From sequence record SRR22947725_171: DNA of 20,000 nt. One strand, given 5' to 3'. The notes under the pieces are model-generated. The model saw only the letters and a list, made by a program, of their open reading frames with translations. It did no database searches and was not told the origin of the DNA. Of this stretch, positions 9,325 through 17,098 are shown piece by piece (position 1 is the stretch's first letter; the number at the start of each line of letters is the position of its first letter). The translations under genes were made by a program, and so were the position numbers.

Positions 9325-10634
9325 TACTGGGCCGCCTTCCCATATGGTACGTCTTCACCGCCATAGCGCCTAACCCTTATATTGGCTTGCTCTGCATGAC
9401 CAACAAAAGACTCTAACATGCAAAGTCGAGAGCAATATCTTCCAATCTTTACGGCTGCCTCATCCGTTGTTATTTTTTGATAACTATGCGTTTTGAGATA
9501 CTTTCCTACCCAGAGACCGCCTGTATAACGCCCCGCTTTTTTAGTCGGCAAAGTATGGTTAGTTCCAATCACCTTATCACCATTCGATACGTTTGTTCTT
9601 GGACCCAAGAATAGTGCTCCATAAGAATGCATATGATCTAAAAACCAGTCATCACGGTCAGTCATAACCTGAACATGTTCTGAAGCAATATCATTGGCAA
9701 CTTCTAGCATTTCATCATAAGTATCACAAACAACAACCTCGCCATACTCTGCCCAGCTGACACCCGCCGTATCTGCTGTCGGAAGAATCGTTAGTATTCT
9801 ATCAATCTCTACTTGTGTTTCTTCGGCAAGTTTTTGACTGTTCGTAACCAAAACCGCTGGTGAGTTATAGCCATGTTCGGCTTGACCTAAAAGGTCAGTT
9901 GCACATAGTTCAGCATCAACTGTCTCATCAGCAATAACCATCGTTTCTGTAGGTCCGGCGAATAAGTCAATACCAACTCTACCAAAGAGTTGTCTTTTAG
10001 CCTCAGCCACAAATGCATTACCAGGGCCAACGAGCATATCTACTGGATTAATCGACTCAGTTCCAAGAGCCATAGCTCCAACAGCTTGAATACCTCCAAT
10101 CACATAAATTTCATGAGCGCCGCCAAGATGCATTGCAGCAATTACGGCTGCGTTTGGCGCACCTTGATATGGCGGAGTGCAGGCTACAATTCTAGGAACT
10201 TTTGCAACACTAGCAGTCACAACTGACATATGCGCTGAAGCGACCATAGGAAACTTTCCTGCTGGTACGTAGCAACCTACTGACTGTACAGGAATATTTT
10301 TGTGTCCAAGAATAACACCTGGCATTGTTTCAACTTCGATATCTTGCATTGAGTCTCTTTGGGCCTGGGCAAAATTCCTGACCTGTTCCTGTGCAAACTT
10401 GATATCTTTCATATCTCTATCAGACACATTTGCAATAAGGCCATCAATCTCAGCTGAACTTAACTTGTATGATTTTGGTGAGTAATTGTCAAACTTTTCT
10501 GAGAACTCTCTAATAGCAGAATCTCCTTTTTCTTCAATTACTTTTAAAGTATTTTTGACAACTTCACTAACCTCAGCATCATCAATTGCTTTGTCAGCAG
10601 CTGTCTTTCCTTTTTTTAAATATTTAATAGCCAT
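9324..10634 (-). CDS. Histidinol dehydrogenase-superfamily enzyme, HpsN (sulfopropanediol 3-dehydrogenase)-like paralog; probably not biosynthetic HisD
   Basis: Motifs [44 protein letters not shown] and [13 protein letters not shown]. It has GDK rather than the GDY of biosynthetic HisD, and no his genes are nearby. Confidence 0.88.
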   Translation of the reverse strand: MAIKYLKKGKTAADKAIDDAEVSEVVKNTLKVIEEKGDSAIREFSEKFDNYSPKSYKLSSAEIDGLIANVSDRDMKDIKFAQEQVRNFAQAQRDSMQDIEVETMPGVILGHKNIPVQSVGCYVPAGKFPMVASAHMSVVTASVAKVPRIVACTPPYQGAPNAAVIAAMHLGGAHEIYVIGGIQAVGAMALGTESINPVDMLVGPGNAFVAEAKRQLFGRVGIDLFAGPTETMVIADETVDAELCATDLLGQAEHGYNSPAVLVTNSQKLAEETQVEIDRILTILPTADTAGVSWAEYGEVVVCDTYDEMLEVANDIASEHVQVMTDRDDWFLDHMHSYGALFLGPRTNVSNGDKVIGTNHTLPTKKAGRYTGGLWVGKYLKTHSYQKITTDEAAVKIGRYCSRLCMLESFVGHAEQANIRVRRYGGEDVPYGKAAQ

Positions 10635-10645
10635 AATAATTCCAA

Positions 10646-11149
10646 TTAATTAGGTTTTGGTGGTTGGACTTCACCTCGATCAAACGTTTCCCAACCCATT
10701 CCATTGAAAACATCAATTCCGAGTTGAGACAATATGCTTGGAAAATCAACATTAACCCAATTATCAATAATGAGGCCATCTCTGACTTCCCAAAAATCTG
10801 TGTAATGAATTTTCACACGCTGATTCGTTGGCCTAATACCCATGAATTCACCACTATGAAGCGCATCGATGTGTCCAAAACAGGAAGCCCATTCACCATC
10901 CACAAGAAACTTGTCCGTCTTATATATCCGATCTGTAAAGGCTGCTCTTAATGGCAGCTGCCAGTTATTTCTAAACTCCTCAAGGTTGTTTTTTATGCCG
11001 CAGCCCTGGTTGCCCATCCAGCGAAACTCTTTATGAAAATATTGATCCATGTCATTTGAGTTAGCTCCCAAAGCATCTTCCATTGCCTTTACAACTTCAA
11101 GAGTTTTTTGAGATTTTGAATCATAACTCATAGGAAGCTCAACACTCAT
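10646..11149 (-). CDS. Single-domain SnoaL/NTF2-like ('ester cyclase' family) protein
   Basis: [15 protein letters not shown]...[18 protein letters not shown]...LSQLG is a canonical SnoaL-like signature. Confidence 0.88.
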   Translation of the reverse strand: MSVELPMSYDSKSQKTLEVVKAMEDALGANSNDMDQYFHKEFRWMGNQGCGIKNNLEEFRNNWQLPLRAAFTDRIYKTDKFLVDGEWASCFGHIDALHSGEFMGIRPTNQRVKIHYTDFWEVRDGLIIDNWVNVDFPSILSQLGIDVFNGMGWETFDRGEVQPPKPN

Positions 11150-12197
11150 TTTCTAACATTTGACCAGTTTCACTGTCAAATAATAAACACAAGTTAGCAG
11201 AAATATTGGCCATCACATTAGAGCCAATATCAACATGATAATTCTTATCCGACTTCATCGAAATAAGTTCGTCGCCAGGCCTAACTGAAACCATAGTCAT
11301 ATCACCAAGTAGCTCCATTGAGAATGCTGGCGCTGAAATATCACCCTTGGATTTGACGATTACAGCGTCCTCCGCACGGAAACCCAGGGTTATACTTCCA
11401 TTATGCTTTTTACTCAACCCTTTAATCTTAACTCCCTCACTCGTAAAGACGCCATCGCTTATTGATCCTTTTAATAGGTTCATCGCAGGTGATCCAATAA
11501 AGCTTGCTACAAAACTATTAGCCGGTTTATTGTATATTTCTTGAGGTGTTCCAACCTGTTGTACAATTCCAGCATTCATTACTACAACTCGATCTGCAAG
11601 GGTCATGGCTTCAACCTGGTCATGGGTCACGTATATTGTGGTAACTTTTAAATTATGCTGTAGATTTTTAATTTGCGCCCTTGTGGAAACACGTAACTTG
11701 GCATCTAAATTTGATAACGGTTCATCCATCAAGAAAACTGTTGGCTCTCTCACAATTGCCCTAGCTAGTGCTACTCTTTGTCTCTGTCCTCCGGATAGCT
11801 CGGCAGGTTTTCGATGCAAAAAGTCATTCAATTCGACCATCTCCGAAGCGTTCATTACTTTTTCATCATGAAGCGCTTTATCAATCTTCCTAACCTTAAG
11901 TGGAAAACGAATATTTTCATAGACTGTCATGTTGGGATAGAGCGCATAGGATTGAAAAACCATTGCTACGTCGCGATCCTTTGGCTCTAGAGTATTGACT
12001 ACTTTACCCTTAATGAGTACTTCTCCACTAGTGATGGTTTCTAAACCAGCTATCATTCTCATTGTCGTAGTTTTACCGCAGCCAGAAGGGCCCAACAATA
12101 CTAAAAACTCTTCGTCAGCTATTGTAAGGTTAAAGTTATCAACTCCTACAAAACTACCCCATCTTTTTGTTAGATTTTTTAATTCAATTTCTGCCAT
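11139..12197 (-). CDS. ABC transporter ATP-binding protein, MalK/UgpC (CUT1) type
   Basis: Walker [10 protein letters not shown]-loop VFQSYALYP, signature LSGGQRQR, Walker B FLMDEP, H-loop VTHDQ and FIGSPAMN. Confidence 0.96.
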   Translation of the reverse strand: MAEIELKNLTKRWGSFVGVDNFNLTIADEEFLVLLGPSGCGKTTTMRMIAGLETITSGEVLIKGKVVNTLEPKDRDVAMVFQSYALYPNMTVYENIRFPLKVRKIDKALHDEKVMNASEMVELNDFLHRKPAELSGGQRQRVALARAIVREPTVFLMDEPLSNLDAKLRVSTRAQIKNLQHNLKVTTIYVTHDQVEAMTLADRVVVMNAGIVQQVGTPQEIYNKPANSFVASFIGSPAMNLLKGSISDGVFTSEGVKIKGLSKKHNGSITLGFRAEDAVIVKSKGDISAPAFSMELLGDMTMVSVRPGDELISMKSDKNYHVDIGSNVMANISANLCLLFDSETGQMLENEC

Positions 12198-12246
12198 AAT
12201 ATTTGTATGTAAACTAATTCCTAAAACTTAAGTATTGCAAGCATAA

Positions 12247-12260
12247 TGCATACGATTGCA
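12247..12260. promoter_or_regulatory. Putative LacI-family operator O1 (TGCATACGATTGCA)
   Basis: Imperfect 14-bp palindrome with central CG. It overlaps the predicted transcription start of the minus-strand operon, which encodes a LacI regulator. Confidence 0.7.
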
Positions 12261-12264
12261 AAAT

Positions 12265-12275
12265 ATTATAGCACA
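12265..12275 (-). promoter_or_regulatory. Sigma70 extended -10 promoter of the 12-gene operon (TGTGCTATAAT)
   Basis: The reverse complement of attatagcaca is TGTGCTATAAT, a perfect TRTGnTATAAT about 70 nt upstream of the ATPase start. Confidence 0.7.
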
Positions 12276-12300
12276 TGGTTTTTTCTTATAAAGATAATGT

Positions 12301-12314
12301 TGCAATCCTATGCA
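12301..12314. promoter_or_regulatory. Putative LacI-family operator O2 (TGCAATCCTATGCA)
   Basis: Its reverse complement TGCATAGGATTGCA matches O1 at 13 of 14 positions. Confidence 0.62.
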
Positions 12315-12333
12315 AAAATAAATTTATTTTTAT

Positions 12334-12362
12334 TTCAAATTTACAAGTTTTGCAAATAAAAT
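12334..12362 (+). promoter_or_regulatory. Possible sigma70 promoter for the carnitine genes (TTCAAA-N17-TAAAAT)
   Basis: Near-consensus hexamers with 17-nt spacing, upstream of a purine-rich AAGGGGA ribosome-binding site and the ATG at 12392. The AT-rich background weakens the call. Confidence 0.3.
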
Positions 12363-12391
12363 AACTAATGTTCAGATAAAGGGGAAATGAC

Positions 12392-13303
12392 ATGACAAAC
12401 CTTCAACCATCAAGAGAAGTCTTTATTACCTGCGCCGTCACTGGCTCTGGTGATACAACTGGTAGATCAGAAAAAGTTCCAATTACACCTCAACAAATTG
12501 CAGACTCATGTATCGAGGCAGCTGAAGCAGGCGCTGCAATTGTGCATATTCATGTTCGTGATCCAGAAACTGGCATTCCAGCTCGTGATCCTAGACTATA
12601 CAGCCAAGTTGTTAATATCATCAAAGAGTCAAAAGTTGATATGGTCATCAACTTTACTGCTGGAATGGGTGGTGACATTGTTTTTGGGTCAGCTGAAAAG
12701 CCTTTCCCACTGGATGAAGCTGGTACCGACATGGTTGGAGCAACAGAGCGGCTTGAACATGTCCGTAATCTACTTCCAGAGATATGCACCATCGATTGCG
12801 GCACTATGAATTTTGGTCATGGCGATTATGTAATGACCAATACCTCCTCAGTTCTGCAAGAAATGGCACGCCAGGTTCAAGCGCTTGGGGTCAGGCCAGA
12901 GATTGAGTGTTTTGATACTGGACATTTACAATTAGCTATCTGGTTAAAAAATCAAGGACTTATTGATGACCCTGTGATGATCCAGCTATGCATGGGCATT
13001 CCTTGGGGAGCGCCAGATGATATGCATACATTCTTAGCAATGACCTCCAGTATTCCAAAGGACTGGACTTTTTCAGCCTTCTCTATAAGTAGGAATCAAC
13101 TTCCATTTGTTGCAATGTCAATCCTAGCAGGGGGTAATATTCGTGTAGGACTTGAGGATAATATTTATCTTAAAAAAGGAGTTCTTGCGACAAATGGCGA
13201 CCTTGTTAAACAGGCAGTTAAGACTGCTGAAGGAATGGGTTGCACAATCATAGGACCAGAGCAAGTTCGTAAAAATTTAAAGCTTGAAAAGCGCTGGGGA
13301 TAG
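12392..13303 (+). CDS. cdhC: BKACE (DUF849) beta-keto acid cleavage enzyme, probable 3-dehydrocarnitine cleavage enzyme
   Basis: Motifs ITCAVTG, AGAAIVHIHVRDP, DCGTMNF and RVGLEDN. It lies directly upstream of a carnitine dehydrogenase. Confidence 0.88.
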   Translation: MTNLQPSREVFITCAVTGSGDTTGRSEKVPITPQQIADSCIEAAEAGAAIVHIHVRDPETGIPARDPRLYSQVVNIIKESKVDMVINFTAGMGGDIVFGSAEKPFPLDEAGTDMVGATERLEHVRNLLPEICTIDCGTMNFGHGDYVMTNTSSVLQEMARQVQALGVRPEIECFDTGHLQLAIWLKNQGLIDDPVMIQLCMGIPWGAPDDMHTFLAMTSSIPKDWTFSAFSISRNQLPFVAMSILAGGNIRVGLEDNIYLKKGVLATNGDLVKQAVKTAEGMGCTIIGPEQVRKNLKLEKRWG

Positions 13304-13305
13304 TT

Positions 13306-14778
13306 ATGAAAAGTATTAAGTCTGCAGGTGTAATTGGAGCGGGCGTTATTGGAAGTGGTTGGATTGCAAGGCTAATACTCAATGGAATTGATGTCTGTGT
13401 TTTTGATCCTTCAAAGGATGCTCCAAAGAGTGTTGAAAAAGTCATTAATAATGCAGAGAGAGCTTATAAAAATTTACTCAGGTCCCCACTTCCAAAAAAA
13501 GGAGTGTTGTCATTTCTTGATACCATTTCAGAAGTTGCAAAATCTTCAGAAATAATTATCGAAGCTGTTCCAGAAAGGCTTTCTGCAAAGCAATCTGTTT
13601 ATAAAGAAATTGAGTTAAATGCTTCTAACGAATTAATCATTACCTCATCTACCTCAGGAATTCTTCCATCTGATTTGCAGTCAGAAATGAAAAATCCAGA
13701 AAGATTAACTGTGGCCCATCCATTCAATCCAGTTTATCTTCTGCCTTTAGTTGAGGTCGTTGGTGGATCCAAAACTTCACAAAAAGTAATCGACGAAACG
13801 TGTAGTATTTTTTCTAATATTGGGATGTTTCCTCTTCATATTAAAAAGGAGATACCCGCATTTATCGCTGACAGGTTACTTGAGTCTGTCTGGCGAGAAG
13901 CATTATGGCTAGTCAATGATGATATTGCAACGACAGAAGAGATTGATGATGCAATTCGTTATGGTTTTGGGCTTCGCTGGGCACAAATGGGGCTGTTTGA
14001 AACATATAGACTAGCTGGAGGTGAAGCAGGGATGCGTCACTTTATTTCACAATTTGGGCCCTGCCTAGAATGGCCATGGACTCACTTGATGGATGTACCT
14101 GAATTTACAGAAGAGCTTGTAGACAAAGTGTCAAATCAATCAGATGACCAATCTGGAAAGCGCAGTATTGACGAACTTATGCAAAAGCGAGACGACAATT
14201 TAGTTGACTTCTTAAAGGTTTTAAAAGAAAACCGATGGGGCGCTGGCAATACCTTAAAAGAATTTGATGATAGCCTAGGTAAGTCTAGGATAGACTTTTC
14301 TGAATTAGATGTATCTAAACCCTTAAAAACCTTTTCAACTCATATTCCTAAAGATTGGGCTGATTATAATGGTCACATGACAGAGGCGCGCTACCTAGAT
14401 TGTTTTTCAGAAGCAACTACTGAGCTGATGGCCATCATTGGCGCTGATGAAGAATATATTTCGAATATAGGCTCCTACTTTACTGTTGAAACGCATATTC
14501 GTCACCTAGATGAAGTACTTATTGGTGAGGGTATTCATTCTAAAACTCAAGTAATATATGGTGAAAATAAAAAACTACATCTCTTTCACTGGCTCCATCA
14601 TAATGACGGAAGGCTTTTAGCTACAGCAGAGCATATGCTCATTCATGTAGACTTAAAAACACGGGGCGCGAGTATGCCAGGAGATTCAGTCATTGAGAAA
14701 ATGGAGCGCATATACAGCGCACATAAAAATTTACCTAAACCTGAGGGCTTAAGTCGAGCCGTTGGAGACAAAGTTTAA
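13306..14778 (+). CDS. lcdH: L-carnitine 3-dehydrogenase fused to a C-terminal hotdog (betainyl-CoA) thioesterase
   Basis: N-terminal 3-hydroxyacyl-CoA dehydrogenase fold (GAGVIGSGW, EAVPE, SSTSG, HPFNPVYLLPLVE, GLRWAQMG) plus thioesterase motif WADYNGHMTEARY. Confidence 0.9.
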   Translation: MKSIKSAGVIGAGVIGSGWIARLILNGIDVCVFDPSKDAPKSVEKVINNAERAYKNLLRSPLPKKGVLSFLDTISEVAKSSEIIIEAVPERLSAKQSVYKEIELNASNELIITSSTSGILPSDLQSEMKNPERLTVAHPFNPVYLLPLVEVVGGSKTSQKVIDETCSIFSNIGMFPLHIKKEIPAFIADRLLESVWREALWLVNDDIATTEEIDDAIRYGFGLRWAQMGLFETYRLAGGEAGMRHFISQFGPCLEWPWTHLMDVPEFTEELVDKVSNQSDDQSGKRSIDELMQKRDDNLVDFLKVLKENRWGAGNTLKEFDDSLGKSRIDFSELDVSKPLKTFSTHIPKDWADYNGHMTEARYLDCFSEATTELMAIIGADEEYISNIGSYFTVETHIRHLDEVLIGEGIHSKTQVIYGENKKLHLFHWLHHNDGRLLATAEHMLIHVDLKTRGASMPGDSVIEKMERIYSAHKNLPKPEGLSRAVGDKV

Positions 14779-16316
14779 TACCATTCGTCTTTCATACTCT
14801 CTTTCTTTTTAGCAATAAAATCAACTAATCCTTCGTCTATAGACTGATCAAGAGATGGCTCGACATAGTTATCAAGCATTTCATTCCACCGCTCATAAGC
14901 TCTTTGCTGAGAATCCTTTGAGCCATCTTCTTCCCACTGCTCAAAAGAGTTGTTGTCGGGCAGTTCAGCACGATAATTTGCGGTTTCAAAATTTTCTGCA
15001 GTATGCTGAGTACCAAGAAAATTTTCACCAGGAGAATTTTCTAAATAAGCAGCTGTAGCTAATGAATTGTCATCAATAGTAAGCCCTTCAAACATTCTAT
15101 GTAGCATTCCTAGACGGTCTACATCAAGCATAAATTTTTCATAGCCAACTACCAATCCGCCCTCCAGCCAACCGGCTGCTTGATGAATAAAGTTTGCCCC
15201 AGCTAAAATTGCTGGATAAATTGAATCAACCGACTCTTGCATAGCCTGAGCATCAGCAACCTTTGAGGCAGTGTAGTGACCACCCGCCCTAAATGGAAGG
15301 CCTACCCTTCTGGCCATCTGCCCAACTGCATAGGTAGCTAAACTTGATTCAGCAGTTCCAAAGGTCGGTGCGCCTGACTTAAGGTCCATTGTTGTCAAAA
15401 AGTTTCCATATACTGCAGAAGAACCCGGTCTAATTAATTGCGTTAGAGCAACACCGACAAGGGTTTCAGCATGAGCCTGAGCGATGGCTGCTGGCATGGT
15501 CACAGGAGACATTGCCCCGCCAAGAATAAAAGGAGTGATTACAACTCCTTGATTTGCCCTAGCATAGCCTTTTAGAGCGTCGGTCATGGTCTTGTCATAC
15601 ACAAGGGGTGAGTTCACATTTATATTTCCTTGTATAACGCAATTTTTATCAACGATATCCTTACCAAAAACAATACGCGCCATTTCAATTGAATCCTTTA
15701 CTCTGTCAAGTGCCGTTACAGATCCCATAAACGGCTTATCTGAATATTTTAAATGTGAATAAACCATATCTAGATGACGCTTGTTCACTGGAACATCAAC
15801 TGGTTCACAATTAGTGCCACTTGTATGATGAAGCCATGGGGTCATATGCGAAAGTTTTATCAAATTATTAAAGTCTTGCATATTGCCTTGACGTCTCCCC
15901 CCCTTTAGATCGTAGACAAAAGGAGATCCATAAGCTGGACCTAGTACCAGCTTATTACCCCCAAATATGGTTGATCTTTTAGGGTTTCTTGCGAGCATTT
16001 CAAACTCACTGGGAGCAGTTTTACAAAGGCTTTGGATAAGACCTTTATCAAACTTTACAAGGGTTCCTTTAACGGTTGCCCCTGCTTCTTTAAATAAGTT
16101 TAATGACTCTTCGTCATCCCAAAACTCAAGGCCAACCTCTTTAAGAATCCAATCAACATGATCATCAATCTTTGACAGCTCTTCTTCACTGAGCATGTCG
16201 TAACACTTGATATTTCGTGTTAAATATCTAGGAGGTTCAATTTGTTCAGCTTTTTTTCGATCAGCAATTTTTGCTGACCGTCCACCCACTCTCCTTCTGT
16301 GCTGATGATCTGACAT
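14775..16316 (-). CDS. Non-pyrrolysine MttB-superfamily (trimethylamine/quaternary amine) methyltransferase
   Basis: 513 aa with PAYGSPFV, EPVDVPVNKRHLD, NVNSPL, MDLKSGAPTFG, SKVADAQA and AGWLEGGL; no in-frame TAG. Confidence 0.92.
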   Translation of the reverse strand: MSDHQHRRRVGGRSAKIADRKKAEQIEPPRYLTRNIKCYDMLSEEELSKIDDHVDWILKEVGLEFWDDEESLNLFKEAGATVKGTLVKFDKGLIQSLCKTAPSEFEMLARNPKRSTIFGGNKLVLGPAYGSPFVYDLKGGRRQGNMQDFNNLIKLSHMTPWLHHTSGTNCEPVDVPVNKRHLDMVYSHLKYSDKPFMGSVTALDRVKDSIEMARIVFGKDIVDKNCVIQGNINVNSPLVYDKTMTDALKGYARANQGVVITPFILGGAMSPVTMPAAIAQAHAETLVGVALTQLIRPGSSAVYGNFLTTMDLKSGAPTFGTAESSLATYAVGQMARRVGLPFRAGGHYTASKVADAQAMQESVDSIYPAILAGANFIHQAAGWLEGGLVVGYEKFMLDVDRLGMLHRMFEGLTIDDNSLATAAYLENSPGENFLGTQHTAENFETANYRAELPDNNSFEQWEEDGSKDSQQRAYERWNEMLDNYVEPSLDQSIDEGLVDFIAKKKESMKDEWY

Positions 16317-16447
16317 ATAAATCTTATGATAAATTTAGAATTTAAAAGAAATCTAAATTCATGTTAACTAAGAGCAAGTCAAAACTCAAGTTAAAAAATT
16401 AGAGAGATTTGTTGAATTATTTTAATTAATATAAATATATTAGTTGT

Positions 16448-17059
16448 TTAGAGTGAGCGTGTTTGACAAAGCACCCTTCCACTTATTGGTGCAGAAATAG
16501 TTCTCCTATATGCCTCAATAATACGTTTTTCAGATGTCGGCTCAAAGCCATCAAAGACCATTCCATAGTCCTCAACTGAATTCTCAATAATAGAAGGCGA
16601 AACAATATTTATTCTAAGTCTACCTGCATACTCTGCAGCCAATGTTGATACGCACATGTTTAATGCCCCATTAGCAGCAGCTGCACAGGAGCCTGACAAA
16701 ATTGGCTCATCACCAATGATGCCACTAGTTAGAGTGATTGATCCATTTTCAGTTAAAAAAGGAATTGCTGCCTTTGCTAAATTAAGTTGGCTAAAGCACT
16801 TATTAGATAACCCTAAGGCAAAGTCTGCCATGGTCAATTCCTCAAATGTTTTGAAAGGAGCTCGAACACCAGCACATGAAATTAAAGCATCGAAAGATCC
16901 GATCGAAGCAAATACATCAGACACGCTTTCAAAGTCCAAAGCATCAATTTTTAAATCGGGTCCAGTGCGGCCAGCACGAATCACCTCATAATCTTTAAGT
17001 CCTCCAACTACAAGTCTTCCAAGTCTTCCAGTTGCACCAACAACAATAATTTTTTTCAT
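16448..17059 (-). CDS. Short atypical SDR-fold oxidoreductase
   Basis: Rossmann motif VVGATGRLG, ITLTSG and RINIVSP. There is no YxxxK; CAAAANGAL occupies that position. Confidence 0.8.
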   Translation of the reverse strand: MKKIIVVGATGRLGRLVVGGLKDYEVIRAGRTGPDLKIDALDFESVSDVFASIGSFDALISCAGVRAPFKTFEELTMADFALGLSNKCFSQLNLAKAAIPFLTENGSITLTSGIIGDEPILSGSCAAAANGALNMCVSTLAAEYAGRLRINIVSPSIIENSVEDYGMVFDGFEPTSEKRIIEAYRRTISAPISGRVLCQTRSL

Positions 17060-17098
17060 AATGCCTCTTACAGTTTAAATAATAAAATAATGATATCA

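Noticed and set aside
9324-10634. Calling this gene hisD or hpsN
   Set aside because: The GDK motif and catabolic context argue against hisD. hpsN cannot be confirmed without a phylogeny, and the other hps and sulfolactate genes are absent.
965-11149. Polyketide or other natural-product biosynthetic cluster, suggested by the SnoaL-like genes
   Set aside because: No PKS, NRPS, ACP or exporter is present. An importer-type ATPase, a LacI repressor and an aldolase point to catabolism.
12234-12250. Possible third operator (TTGCAAGCATAATGCA) overlapping O1, plus a TTGCAA half-site near 12350
   Set aside because: Half-site spacing is wrong and there is no central CG, so they are not distinguishable from chance.
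14775-16316. Pyrrolysine recoding in the MttB homolog
   Set aside because: The ORF is continuous with no in-frame TAG, and no pyl genes are in the window.
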